DNA of 64,000 bases from Eledone cirrhosa (Eukaryota): positions 376,588,001 to 376,652,000 of the forward strand of contig OZ024742.1 in assembly GCA_964016885.1 (NCBI GenBank), given 5' to 3'. A program made the translations under genes and the position numbers. Positions 18,001-33,022 of this stretch are shown here, one piece after another (position 1 is the first letter of the stretch; each line of letters opens with the position of its first letter). The notes under the pieces are model-generated. The model did not search any database and was not told the DNA's origin. It saw only the letters and a program-made list of their open reading frames with translations.

Positions 18001-21000
18001 AGTGTAATATAATAATACAGAGAGTGTAATATAATAATACAGACAGATTGTAATATAATAATACAGACAGAGTGTAATATAATAATACAGAGTGTGTAAT
18101 ATAATAATACAGACAGAGTGTAATATAATAATACAGAGAGTGTAATATAATAATACAGACAGATTGTAATATAATAATACAGACAGAGTGTAATATAAAA
18201 ATACAGAGTGTGTAATATAATAATACAGACAGAGTGTAATATAATAATACAGAGAGTGTAATATAATAATACAGACAGAGTGTAATATAATAATACAGAC
18301 AGATTGTAATATAATAATACAGACAGAGTGTAATATAATAATACAGACAGAGTGTAATATAATAATACAGACAGAGTGTAATATAATAATACAGAGAGTG
18401 TAATATAATAATACAGACAGAGTGTAATATAATAATACAGACAGATTGTAATATAATAATACAGACAGAGTGTAATATAATAATACAGACAGAGTGTAAT
18501 ATAATAATACAGATAGAGTGTAATATAATAATACAGACAGAGTGTAATATAATAATACAGAGAGTGTAATATAATAATACAGACAGAGTGTAATATAATA
18601 ATACAGACAGAGTGTAATATAATAATACAGAGAGTGTAATATAATAATACAGACAGAGTGTAATATAATAATACAGAGAGAGAGTAATATAATAATACAG
18701 ACAGAGTGTAATATAATAATACAGAGAGAGAGTAATATAATAATACAGACAGAGTGTAATATAATAATACAGACAGAGTGTAATATAATAATACAGAGAG
18801 AGAGTAATATAATAATACAGACAGAGTGTAATATAATAATACAGAGAGAGAGTAATATAATAATACAGACAGAGTGTAATATAATAATACAGAGAGAGAG
18901 TAATATAATAATACAGACAGAGTGTAATATAATAATACAGACAGAGTGTAATATAATAATACAGAGAGAGAGTAATATAATAATACAGACAGAGTGTAAT
19001 ATAATAATACAGAGAGAGAGTAATATAATAATACAGACAGAGTGTAATATAATAATACAGACAGAGTGTAATATAATAATACAGAGAGAGAGTAATATAA
19101 TAATACAGACAGAGTGTAATATAATAATACAGAGAGAGAGTAATATAATAATACAGACAGAGTGTAATATAATAATACAGAGAGAGAGAGTAATATAATA
19201 ATACAGACAGACTGTAATATAATAATACAGACAGAGTGTAATATAACAATACAGACAGAGTGTAATATAATAATACAGACAGAGTGTAATATAATAATAC
19301 AGACAGAGTGTAATATAATAATACAGACAGAGTGTAATATAATAATACAGACAGAGTGTAATATAATAATACAGACAGAGTGTAATATATTAATACAGAC
19401 AGAGTGTAATATAATAATACAGACAGAGTGTAATATAATAATACAGACAGAGTGTAATATATTAATACAGACAGAGTGTAATATAATAATACAGACAGAG
19501 TGTAATATAATAATACAGACAGAGTGTAATATAATAATACAGACAGAGTGTAATATATTAATACAGACAGAGTGTAATATAATAATACAGAGAGTGTAAT
19601 ATAATAATACAGACAGAGTGTAATATATTAATACAGACAGAGTGTAATATAATAATACAGACCGACTGTAATATAATAATACAGACAGAGTGTAATATAA
19701 TAATACAGATAGAGTGTAATATAATAATACAGACAGAGTGTAATATAATAATACAGAGAGTGTAATATAATAATACAGACAGAGTGTAATATAATAATAC
19801 AGAGAGTGTAATATAATAATACAGACAGAGTGTAATATAATAATACAGACAGAGTGTAATATAATAATACAGACAGAGTGTAACATAATGAGACAGACAA
19901 AGTGTAATATAATAATACAGACAGAGTGTAATATAATAATACATAGAGTGTAATATAATAATACAGACAGAGTGTAATATAATAATACAGACAGAGTGTA
20001 ATATAATAATACAGAGAGTGTAATATAATAATACAGACAGAGTGTAATATAATAATACAGACAGAGTGTAATATATTAATACAGACAGAGTGTAATATAA
20101 TAATACAGAGAGTGTAATATAATAATACAGACAGAGTGTAATATAATAATACAGACCGACTGTAATATAATAATACAGACAGAGTGTAATATAATAATAC
20201 AGATAGAGTGTAATATAATAATACAGACAGAGTGTAATATAATAATACAGAGAGTGTAATATAATAATACAGACAGAGTGTAATATAATAATACAGACAG
20301 AGTGTAATATAATAATACAGACAGAGTGTAACATAATGAGACAGACAAAGTGTAATATAATAATACAGACAGAGTGTAATATAATAATACATAGAGTGTA
20401 ATATAATAATACAGACAGAGTGTAATATAATAATACAGACAGAGTGTAATATAATAATACAGAGAGTGTAATATAATAATACAGACAGAGTGTAATATAA
20501 TAATACAGACAGAGTGTAATATATTAATACAGACAGAGTGTAATATAATAATACAGAGAGTGTAATATAATAATACAGACAGAGTGTAATATAATAATAC
20601 AGACAGAGTGTAATATAATAATACAGACAGAGTGTAATATAATAATACAGAGAGTGTAATATAATAATACAGACAGAGTGTAATATAATAATACAGACAG
20701 AGTGTAATATAATAATACAGAGAGTGTAATATAATAAGACAGACAGAGTGTAATATAATAATACAGACAGAGTGTAATATAATAATACAGACAGAGTGTA
20801 ATATAATAATACAGACAGAGTGTAATATAATAATACAGAGAGTGTAATATAATAATACAGACAGAGTGTAATATATTAATACAGACAGAGTGTAATGTAA
20901 TAATACAGAGAGTGTAATATAATAATACAGACAGAGTGTAATATAATAATACAGACAGAGTGTAATATAATAATACAGACAGAGTGTAATATAATAATAC

Positions 21001-24000
21001 AGACAGAGTGTAATATAATAATACAGACAGAGTGTAATATAATAATACAGAGTGTGTAATATAATAATACAGACAGAGTGTAATATAATAATACAGAGAG
21101 TGTAATATAATAATACAGACAGAGTGTAATATAATAATACAGACAGAGTGTAATATAATAATACAGACAGAGTGTAATATAAAAATACAGACAGAGTGTA
21201 ATATAATAATACAGACAGAGTGTAATATAATAATGCAGACAGAGTGTAATATAATAATACAGACAGAGTGTAATATAATAATACAGAGTGTGTAATATAA
21301 TAAAACAGACAGATTGTAATATAATAATACAGACAGAGTGTAATATAATAATACAGACAGACTGTAATATAATAATACAGATAGAGTGTAATATAATAAA
21401 ACAGATAGAGTGTAATATAATAATACAGACAAAGTGTAATATAATAATACAGACAGAGTGTAATATAATAATACAGAGAGTGTAATATAATAATACAGAC
21501 AGAGTGTAATATAATAATACAGACAGAGTGTAATATAATAATACACAGAGTGTAATATAATAATACAGACAGAGTGTAATATAATAATGCAGACAGAGTG
21601 TAATATAATAATACAGACAGTGTGTAATATAATAATACAGAGTGTGTAATATAATAATACAGACAGAGTGTAATATAATAATACAGACAGTGTGTAATAT
21701 AATAATACAGAGAGTGTAATATAATAATACATAGAGTGTAATATAATAATACAGACAGAGTGTAATATAATAATACAGACAGAGTGTAATATAATAATAC
21801 AGAGAGTGTAATATAATAATACAGACAGATTGTAATATAATAATACAGACAGAGTGTAATATAATAATACAGAGTGTGTAATATAATAATACAGACAGAG
21901 TGTAATATAATAATACAGAGAGTGTAATATAATAATACAGACAGATTGTAATATAATAATACAGACAGAGTGTAATATAAAAATACAGAGTGTGTAATAT
22001 AATAATACAGACAGAGTGTAATATAATAATACAGAGAGTGTAATATAATAATACAGACAGAGTGTAATATAATAATACAGACAGATTGTAATATAATAAT
22101 ACAGACAGAGTGTAATATAATAATACAGACAGAGTGTAATATAATAATACAGACAGAGTGTAATATAATAATACAGAGAGTGTAATATAATAATACAGAC
22201 AGAGTGTAATATAATAATACAGACAGATTGTAATATAATAATACAGACAGAGTGTAATATAATAATACAGACAGAGTGTAATATAATAATACAGATAGAG
22301 TGTAATATAATAATACAGACAGAGTGTAATATAATAATACAGAGAGTGTAATATAATAATACAGACAGAGTGTAATATAATAATACAGACAGAGTGTAAT
22401 ATAATAATACAGAGAGTGTAATATAATAATACAGACAGAGTGTAATATAATAATACAGAGAGAGAGTAATATAATAATACAGACAGAGTGTAATATAATA
22501 ATACAGAGAGAGAGTAATATAATAATACAGACAGAGTGTAATATAATAATACAGACAGAGTGTAATATAATAATACAGAGAGAGAGTAATATAATAATAC
22601 AGACAGAGTGTAATATAATAATACAGAGAGAGAGTAATATAATAATACAGACAGAGTGTAATATAATAATACAGAGAGAGAGTAATATAATAATACAGAC
22701 AGAGTGTAATATAATAATACAGACAGAGTGTAATATAATAATACAGAGAGAGAGTAATATAATAATACAGACAGAGTGTAATATAATAATACAGAGAGAG
22801 AGTAATATAATAATACAGACAGAGTGTAATATAATAATACAGACAGAGTGTAATATAATAATACAGAGAGAGAGTAATATAATAATACAGACAGAGTGTA
22901 ATATAATAATACAGAGAGAGAGTAATATAATAATACAGACAGAGTGTAATATAATAATACAGAGAGAGAGAGTAATATAATAATACAGACAGACTGTAAT
23001 ATAATAATACAGACAGAGTGTAATATAACAATACAGACAGAGTGTAATATAATAATACAGACAGAGTGTAATATAATAATACAGACAGAGTGTAATATAA
23101 TAATACAGACAGAGTGTAATATAATAATACAGACAGAGTGTAATATAATAATACAGACAGAGTGTAATATATTAATACAGACAGAGTGTAATATAATAAT
23201 ACAGACAGAGTGTAATATAATAATACAGACAGAGTGTAATATATTAATACAGACAGAGTGTAATATAATAATACAGACAGAGTGTAATATAATAATACAG
23301 ACAGAGTGTAATATAATAATACAGACAGAGTGTAATATATTAATACAGACAGAGTGTAATATAATAATACAGAGAGTGTAATATAATAATACAGACAGAG
23401 TGTAATATATTAATACAGACAGAGTGTAATATAATAATACAGACAGAGTGTAATATAATAATACATACAGAGTGTAATATAATAATACATACAGAGTGTA
23501 ATATAATAATACAGAGAGTGTAATATAATAATACAGACAGACTGTAATATAATAATACAGACAGAGTGTAATATAATAATACATACAGAGTGTAATATAA
23601 TAATACAGAGAGTGTAATATAATAATACAGACAGAGTGTAATATATTAATACAGACAGAGTGTAATATAATAATACAGACAGAGTGTAATATATTAATAC
23701 AGACAGAGTGTAATATATTAATACAGACAGAGTGTAATATAATAATACAGAGAGTCTAATATAATAATACATAGAGTGTAATATAATAATACAGACAGAG
23801 TGTAATATAATAATACAGACAGAGTGTAATATAATAATACAGAGAGTGTAATATAATAATACAGACAGAGTGTAATATAATAATACAGACAGAGTGTAAT
23901 ATATTAATACAGACAGAGTGTAATATAATAATACAGAGAGTGTAATATAATAATACAGACAGAGTGTAATATAATAATACAGACCGACTGTAATATAATA

Positions 24001-27000
24001 ATACAGACAGAGTGTAATATAATAATACAGATAGAGTGTAATATAATAATACAGACAGAGTGTAATATAATAATACAGAGAGTGTAATATAATAATACAG
24101 ACAGAGTGTAATATAATAATACAGACAGAGTGTAATATAATAATACAGACAGAGTGTAACATAATGAGACAGACAAAGTGTAATATAATAATACAGACAG
24201 AGTGTAATATAATAATACATAGAGTGTAATATAATAATACAGACAGAGTGTAATATAATAATACAGACAGAGTGTAATATAATAATACAGAGAGTGTAAT
24301 ATAATAATACAGACAGAGTGTAATATAATAATACAGACAGAGTGTAATATATTAATACAGACAGAGTGTAATATAATAATACAGAGAGTGTAATATAATA
24401 ATACAGACAGAGTGTAATATAATAATACAGACAGAGTGTAATATAATAATACAGACAGAGTGTAATATAATAATACAGAGAGTGTAATATAATAATACAG
24501 ACAGAGTGTAATATAATAATACAGACAGAGTGTAATATAATAATACAGAGAGTGTAATATAATAAGACAGACAGAGTGTAATATAATAATACAGACAGAG
24601 TGTAATATAATAATACAGACAGAGTGTAATATAATAATACAGACAGAGTGTAATATAATAATACAGAGAGTGTAATATAATAATACAGACAGAGTGTAAT
24701 ATATTAATACAGACAGAGTGTAATGTAATAATACAGAGAGTGTAATATAATAATACAGACAGAGTGTAATATAATAATACAGACAGAGTGTAATATAATA
24801 ATACAGACAGAGTGTAATATAATAATACAGACAGAGTGTAATATAATAATACAGACAGAGTGTAATATAATAATACAGAGTGTGTAATATAATAATACAG
24901 ACAGAGTGTAATATAATAATACAGAGAGTGTAATATAATAATACAGACAGAGTGTAATATAATAATACAGACAGAGTGTAATATAATAATACAGACAGAG
25001 TGTAATATAAAAATACAGACAGAGTGTAATATAATAATACAGACAGAGTGTAATATAATAATGCAGACAGAGTGTAATATAATAATACAGACAGAGTGTA
25101 ATATAATAATACAGAGTGTGTAATATAATAAAACAGACAGATTGTAATATAATAATACAGACAGAGTGTAATATAATAATACAGACAGACTGTAATATAA
25201 TAATACAGATAGAGTGTAATATAATAAAACAGATAGAGTGTAATATAATAATACAGACAAAGTGTAATATAATAATACAGACAGAGTGTAATATAATAAT
25301 ACAGAGAGTGTAATATAATAATACAGACAGAGTGTAATATAATAATACAGACAGAGTGTAATATAATAATACACAGAGTGTAATATAATAATACAGACAG
25401 AGTGTAATATAATAATGCAGACAGAGTGTAATATAATAATACAGACAGTGTGTAATATAATAATACAGAGTGTGTAATATAATAATACAGACAGAGTGTA
25501 ATATAATAATACAGACAGTGTGTAATATAATAATACAGAGAGTGTAATATAATAATACATAGAGTGTAATATAATAATACAGACAGAGTGTAATATAATA
25601 ATACAGACAGAGTGTAATATAATAATACAGAGAGTGTAATATAATAATACAGACAGATTGTAATATAATAATACAGACAGAGTGTAATATAATAATACAG
25701 AGTGTGTAATATAATAATACAGACAGAGTGTAATATAATAATACAGAGAGTGTAATATAATAATACAGACAGATTGTAATATAATAATACAGACAGAGTG
25801 TAATATAAAAATACAGAGTGTGTAATATAATAATACAGACAGAGTGTAATATAATAATACAGAGAGTGTAATATAATAATACAGACAGAGTGTAATATAA
25901 TAATACAGACAGATTGTAATATAATAATACAGACAGAGTGTAATATAATAATACAGACAGAGTGTAATATAATAATACAGACAGAGTGTAATATAATAAT
26001 ACAGAGAGTGTAATATAATAATACAGACAGAGTGTAATATAATAATACAGACAGATTGTAATATAATAATACAGACAGAGTGTAATATAATAATACAGAC
26101 AGAGTGTAATATAATAATACAGATAGAGTGTAATATAATAATACAGACAGAGTGTAATATAATAATACAGAGAGTGTAATATAATAATACAGACAGAGTG
26201 TAATATAATAATACAGACAGAGTGTAATATAATAATACAGAGAGTGTAATATAATAATACAGACAGAGTGTAATATAATAATACAGACAGAGTGTAATAT
26301 ATTAATACAGACAGAGTGTAATATAATAATACAGAGAGTGTAATATAATAATACAGACAGAGTGTAATATAATAATACAGACAGAGTGTAATATAATAAT
26401 ACAGACAGAGTGTAATATAATAATACAGAGAGTGTAATATAATAATACAGACAGAGTGTAATATAATAATACAGACAGAGTGTAATATAATAATACAGAG
26501 AGTGTAATATAATAAGACAGACAGAGTGTAATATAATAATACAGACAGAGTGTAATATAATAATACAGACAGAGTGTAATATAATAATACAGACAGAGTG
26601 TAATATAATAATACAGAGAGTGTAATATAATAATACAGACAGAGTGTAATATAATAATACAGACAGAGTGTAATATATTAATACAGACAGAGTGTAATAT
26701 AATAATACAGAGAGTGTAATATAATAATACAGACAGAGTGTAATATAATAATACAGACCGACTGTAATATAATAATACAGACAGAGTGTAATATAATAAT
26801 ACAGATAGAGTGTAATATAATAATACAGACAGAGTGTAATATAATAATACAGAGAGTGTAATATAATAATACAGACAGAGTGTAATATAATAATACAGAC
26901 AGAGTGTAATATAATAATACAGACAGAGTGTAACATAATGAGACAGACAAAGTGTAATATAATAATACAGACAGAGTGTAATATAATAATACATAGAGTG

Positions 27001-30000
27001 TAATATAATAATACAGACAGAGTGTAATATAATAATACAGACAGAGTGTAATATAATAATACAGAGAGTGTAATATAATAATACAGAGAGAGTGTAATAT
27101 AATAATACAGACAGAGTGTAATATATTAATACAGACAGAGTGTAATATAATAATACAGAGAGTGTAATATAATAATACAGACAGAGTGTAATATAATAAT
27201 ACAGACAGAGTGTAATATAATAATACAGACAGAGTGTAATATAATAATACAGAGAGTGTAATATAATAATACAGACAGAGTGTAATATAATAATACAGAC
27301 AGAGTGTAATATAATAATACAGAGAGTGTAATATAATAAGACAGACAGAGTGTAATATAATAATACAGACAGAGTGTAATATAATAATACAGACAGAGTG
27401 TAATATAATAATACAGACAGAGTGTAATATAATAATACAGAGAGTGTAATATAATAATACAGACAGAGTGTAATATATTAATACAGACAGAGTGTAATGT
27501 AATAATACAGAGAGTGTAATATAATAATACAGACAGAGTGTAATATAATAATACAGACAGAGTGTAATATAATAATACAGACAGAGTGTAATATAATAAT
27601 ACAGACAGAGTGTAATATAATAATACAGACAGAGTGTAATATAATAATACAGAGTGTGTAATATAATAATACAGACAGAGTGTAATATAATAATACAGAG
27701 AGTGTAATATAATAATACAGACAGAGTGTAATATAATAATACAGACAGAGTGTAATATAATAATACAGACAGAGTGTAATATAAAAATACAGACAGAGTG
27801 TAATATAATAATACAGACAGAGTGTAATATAATAATGCAGACAGAGTGTAATATAATAATACAGACAGAGTGTAATATAATAATACAGAGTGTGTAATAT
27901 AATAAAACAGACAGATTGTAATATAATAATACAGACAGAGTGTAATATAATAATACAGACAGACTGTAATATAATAATACAGATAGAGTGTAATATAATA
28001 AAACAGATAGAGTGTAATATAATAATACAGACAAAGTGTAATATAATAATACAGACAGAGTGTAATATAATAATACAGAGAGTGTAATATAATAATACAG
28101 ACAGAGTGTAATATAATAATACAGACAGAGTGTAATATAATAATACACAGAGTGTAATATAATAATACAGACAGAGTGTAATATAATAATGCAGACAGAG
28201 TGTAATATAATAATACAGACAGTGTGTAATATAATAATACAGAGTGTGTAATATAATAATACAGACAGAGTGTAATATAATAATACAGACAGTGTGTAAT
28301 ATAATAATACAGAGAGTGTAATATAATAATACATAGAGTGTAATATAATAATACAGACAGAGTGTAATATAATAATACAGACAGAGTGTAATATAATAAT
28401 ACAGAGAGTGTAATATAATAATACAGACAGATTGTAATATAATAATACAGACAGAGTGTAATATAATAATACAGAGTGTGTAATATAATAATACAGACAG
28501 AGTGTAATATAATAATACAGAGAGTGTAATATAATAATACAGACAGATTGTAATATAATAATACAGACAGAGTGTAATATAAAAATACAGAGTGTGTAAT
28601 ATAATAATACAGACAGAGTGTAATATAATAATACAGAGAGTGTAATATAATAATACAGACAGAGTGTAATATAATAATACAGACAGATTGTAATATAATA
28701 ATACAGACAGAGTGTAATATAATAATACAGACAGAGTGTAATATAATAATACAGACAGAGTGTAATATAATAATACAGAGAGTGTAATATAATAATACAG
28801 ACAGAGTGTAATATAATAATACAGACAGATTGTAATATAATAATACAGACAGAGTGTAATATAATAATACAGACAGAGTGTAATATAATAATACAGATAG
28901 AGTGTAATATAATAATACAGACAGAGTGTAATATAATAATACAGAGAGTGTAATATAATAATACAGACAGAGTGTAATATAATAATACAGACAGAGTGTA
29001 ATATAATAATACAGAGAGTGTAATATAATAATACAGACAGAGTGTAATATAATAATACAGACAGAGTGTAATATATTAATACAGACAGAGTGTAATATAA
29101 TAATACAGAGAGTGTAATATAATAATACAGACAGAGTGTAATATAATAATACAGACAGAGTGTAATATAATAATACAGACAGAGTGTAATATAATAAAAC
29201 AGAGAGTGTAATATAATAATACAGACAGAGTGTAATATAATAATACAGACAGAGTGTAATATAATAATACAGAGAGTGTAATATAATAAGACAGACAGAG
29301 TGTAATATAATAATACAGACAGAGTGTAATATAATAATACAGACAGAGTGTAATATAATAATACAGACAGAGTGTAATATAATAATACAGAGAGTGTAAT
29401 ATAATAATACAGACAGAGTGTAATATATTAATACAGACAGAGTGTAATGTAATAATACAGAGAGTGTAATATAATAATACAGACAGAGTGTAATATAATA
29501 ATACAGACAGAGTGTAATATAATAATACAGACAGAGTGTAATATAATAATACAGACAGAGTGTAATATAATAATACAGACAGAGTGTAATATAATAATAC
29601 AGAGTGTGTAATATAATAATACAGACAGAGTGTAATATAATAATACAGAGAGTGTAATATAATAATACAGACAGAGTGTAATATAATAATACAGACAGAG
29701 TGTAATATAATAATACAGACAGAGTGTAATATAAAAATACAGACAGAGTGTAATATAATAATACAGACAGAGTGTAATATAATAATGCAGACAGAGTGTA
29801 ATATAATAATACAGACAGAGTGTAATATAATAATACAGAGTGTGTAATATAATAAAACAGACAGATTGTAATATAATAATACAGACAGAGTGTAATATAA
29901 TAATACAGACAGACTGTAATATAATAATACAGATAGAGTGTAATATAATAAAACAGATAGAGTGTAATATAATAATACAGACAAAGTGTAATATAATAAT

Positions 30001-31008
30001 ACAGACAGAGTGTAATATAATAATACAGAGAGTGTAATATAATAATACAGACAGAGTGTAATATAATAATACAGACAGAGTGTAATATAATAATACACAG
30101 AGTGTAATATAATAATACAGACAGAGTGTAATATAATAATGCAGACAGAGTGTAATATAATAATACAGACAGTGTGTAATATAATAATACAGAGTGTGTA
30201 ATATAATAATACAGACAGAGTGTAATATAATAATACAGACAGTGTGTAATATAATAATACAGAGAGTGTAATATAATAATACATAGAGTGTAATATAATA
30301 ATACAGACAGAGTGTAATATAATAATACAGACAGAGTGTAATATAATAATACAGAGAGTGTAATATAATAATACAGACAGATTGTAATATAATAATACAG
30401 ACAGAGTGTAATATAATAATACAGATTGTGTAATATAATAATACAGACAGAGTGTAATATAATAATACAGAGTGTGTAATATAATAATACAGACAGAGTG
30501 TAATATAATAATACAGAGAGTGTAATATAATAATACAGACAGATTGTAATATAATAATACAGACAGAGTGTAATATAAAAATACAGAGTGTGTAATATAA
30601 TAATACAGACAGAGTGTAATATAATAATACAGAGAGTGTAATATAATAATACAGACAGAGTGTAATATAATAATACAGACAGATTGTAATATAATAATAC
30701 AGACAGAGTGTAATATAATAATACAGACAGAGTGTAATATAATAATACAGACAGAGTGTAATATAATAATACAGAGAGTGTAATATAATAATACAGACAG
30801 AGTGTAATATAATAATACAGACAGATTGTAATATAATAATACAGACAGAGTGTAATATAATAATACAGACAGAGTGTAATATAATAATACAGATAGAGTG
30901 TAATATAATAATACAGACAGAGTGTAATATAATAATACAGAGAGTGTAATATAATAATACAGACAGAGTGTAATATAATAATACAGACAGAGTGTAATAT
31001 AATAATAC
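1..31008. repeat. 24-bp tandem satellite (GTGTAATATAATAATACAGACAGA)n with 22- and 26-bp variants and kb-scale higher-order repeats; extends beyond the window start
   Basis: The monomer is directly visible. The 8-aa periodic translations (TLSVLLYY, HSVCIIIL) reflect the 24-bp unit. Identical variant blocks recur, e.g. the ORFs at 2037 and 6722 (offset 4685). Confidence 0.99.
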
Positions 31009-31075
31009 AAGGTTCGATCTGTATTGATCTGGCCTGACTCTGGAATCGGGCCAGATCAATACAGATCGAACCTTG
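31008..31075. other. Perfect 27-bp inverted repeat (68-nt hairpin) capping the satellite
   Basis: caaggttcgatctgtattgatctggcc (31008-31034) is the exact reverse complement of 31049-31075. The 14-nt spacer can pair further. Confidence 0.95.
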
Positions 31076-31077
31076 AG

Positions 31078-31114
31078 CTGATCAATAGTGAAACGCGTGT
31101 CACCAATTAATAAA
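31078..31114 (+). ncRNA. Hammerhead ribozyme-like motif (3' half, or degenerate minimal HHR) followed by AATAAA
   Basis: CTGATCA-atagt-GAAAC-GCGT-GTC-accaa then AATAAA (31109-31114). The palindromic stem III is typical of Penelope pLTR hammerheads. The local core has C in place of G8 and stem I pairs poorly. Confidence 0.4.
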
Positions 31115-31159
31115 TGTAATGAAGGCTTAACAAATCATCCTTGTATTATATATCTTTAT

Positions 31160-31295
31160 CATAGAGTTATGCCCCTTTATGCTCTGATTTCAAATCCCGC
31201 TGAGTTTAACTTTGCCTTTCATCCTTACGGGGTCGATAAAATAAAGTACCAGTAATGCATTGGGATAATCCTGGCCTTGTGCCAATTGTAGAAAC

Positions 31296-31300
<5 letters not shown>
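31160..31300 (+). mobile_element. 5'-truncated tRNA-derived SINE, Meta-domain-like family
   Basis: ttcaaatcccgc...actttgcctttcatccttacggggtcgataaaataaagtaccag...agaaacaatta matches the copies at 48083, 54597, 55264 and 55753. Confidence 0.85.
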
Positions 31301-31345
<45 letters not shown>

Positions 31346-31394
31346 CATATATATATCACACATATATTTATACATATATATAAAAATATATCAT

Positions 31395-31620
31395 TTCATC
31401 ATCATTTCATCATCATTTCATTTCATTTTACATCCGCTTTTTCCCTGCTTGCGAGGGTGGGACGGGAACTGATACTGGCTTGATTTCTACAGCTGGATGC
31501 CCTTCCTAACACCAACCTCATTTACAGTGAGTGCTGGGTGGTTTTTTGCTGTGGCACTTCCACGACCACTTTGTAGTGGAATGATAGAGACCCCAGTCCA
31601 TATCATCTCATATCTACAGC
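31395..31620 (-). mobile_element. SINE 3' portion with an RTE-like tail
   Basis: Shares ttctacagctggatgcccttcctaacacc with the copies at 35103, 38100 and 52537, and has an (ATG)/(AAATG) tail. Confidence 0.8.
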
Positions 31621-31774
31621 TATTATATATATATTCCAAAGAACGAATTCAGTATAGAGTTAGTTCCACAATAACTAAACTATAGTTGAGGACGTGTGTT
31701 TCACGTACACGGATCCTCAAGTATGGTTTAGTAATTGTTGTGGAACTAACCCTCTCTCTATTCCCCCTCTATAT

Positions 31775-31834
<60 letters not shown>

Positions 31835-31861
31835 CGAAACACGTGTTAAATATATAATAAA
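31621..31861 (+). ncRNA. Degenerate split hammerhead-like motif with a hairpin and a microsatellite between the core halves
   Basis: tatatt-CCAAAGA (31636-31642), then an imperfect hairpin at 31660-31750 (gttagttccacaa/ttgtggaactaac) and (CA)n(TA)n, then GAAAC-ACGT-GTT (31836-31847), aaatata and AATAAA. Confidence 0.35.
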
Positions 31862-32068
31862 TGTTAGTCCTTTAACTGTGAAGTTGTTATATTCATGTTA
31901 CTTATATATAAACACTCCTGGAAATACCTTCATTGTACCCACAGTTGATCACCATGGAAACACTTGATAAACAATTTACTTGTCGAGTCAAATACCATTA
32001 CATGTTGACATAGTCTTCGATTTCCCCTCATGAAATCTGACCACTACTATATTCTCTCTCTCTCGCTA

Positions 32069-32099
<31 letters not shown>

Positions 32100-32229
32100 T
32101 TTTAATAAATATATATATATTTATTAAATTTATGTAATAAACAACATAAGATAATTATTTCATTCACCAGTGGTTTCTTGAAAGCAGATATTTTATCTGT
32201 TTGTCCGAATTACTTCATTTACACACACA

Positions 32230-32706
32230 TATATATATATATATATATGAATGTATATATAGTGTATTTTGCAATACACTATACTTAATTAAAAGCATTT
32301 TGAAGACCATACACTATTGTCACTTACTTAAATTTTCAGCATACAGTGTATTGCAAAGTACACTATATATACATTCATACATATATATATCGCTATTTCA
32401 GAGCACCTATTCTAATTTTCAATTCCTGCTGGACCGGCGACCGCTCTGTATAATCAGTTCCTGATTATTACTGGAATTCTATAAGAATCCAACACACATA
32501 ATTTTCAGCAAACAGGGAGAGTAGTGAGCTTTGATAAGTACCAACAAGTACGAAACAGAGCTCTGTCAGTTTATCTCCCCTGTTTGATGAAAATTTAAGT
32601 AAGTGACATTGTCACTACTTTAATTAAGCATACAGTGTATTGCAAAATACACTATATATACATTCATATATATATATCGCTATTTCAGAACACCAATTCT
32701 AATTTT
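32230..32706. repeat. Local direct and inverted duplications (~100 bp)
   Basis: 32317-32420 is repeated at 32609-32706. 32232-32285 is the reverse complement of part of that unit (gcatacagtgtattgcaaa.tacactatatatacattcata). Confidence 0.75.
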
Positions 32707-33022
32707 ATATATATATAGATAGATATATATAATATAATGAAGGAATCAGTTCCCGTCCCACCCTTGCAAGCAGGGAAAAGCGGACGTAAAATGGAATCAA
32801 ATGAAATGAAGGAAGTGTGGTAAGGAACCAAGTGGACCATAACACACCAGAGTATTCGATACTTTGGGTAGTAGAGTGGGTAATAGGACTAGTCCAGAAA
32901 TAGCCGTCGAAACAGCTTGAGCTCTGTCGTCGGGGTCCTGAGCCTTTTCATATATATATATATATAAATCCCACATAGGTAGATATAATAACACAACACC
33001 AAACCACACTCACTACCATAGT

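Noticed and set aside
2037-31059. Very long minus-strand ORFs (up to 1010 aa)
   Set aside because: The minus-strand 24-mer has no stop codon in any frame, so overlapping ORFs arise in all three frames. They switch frame at 22-bp variants and are satellite artefacts.
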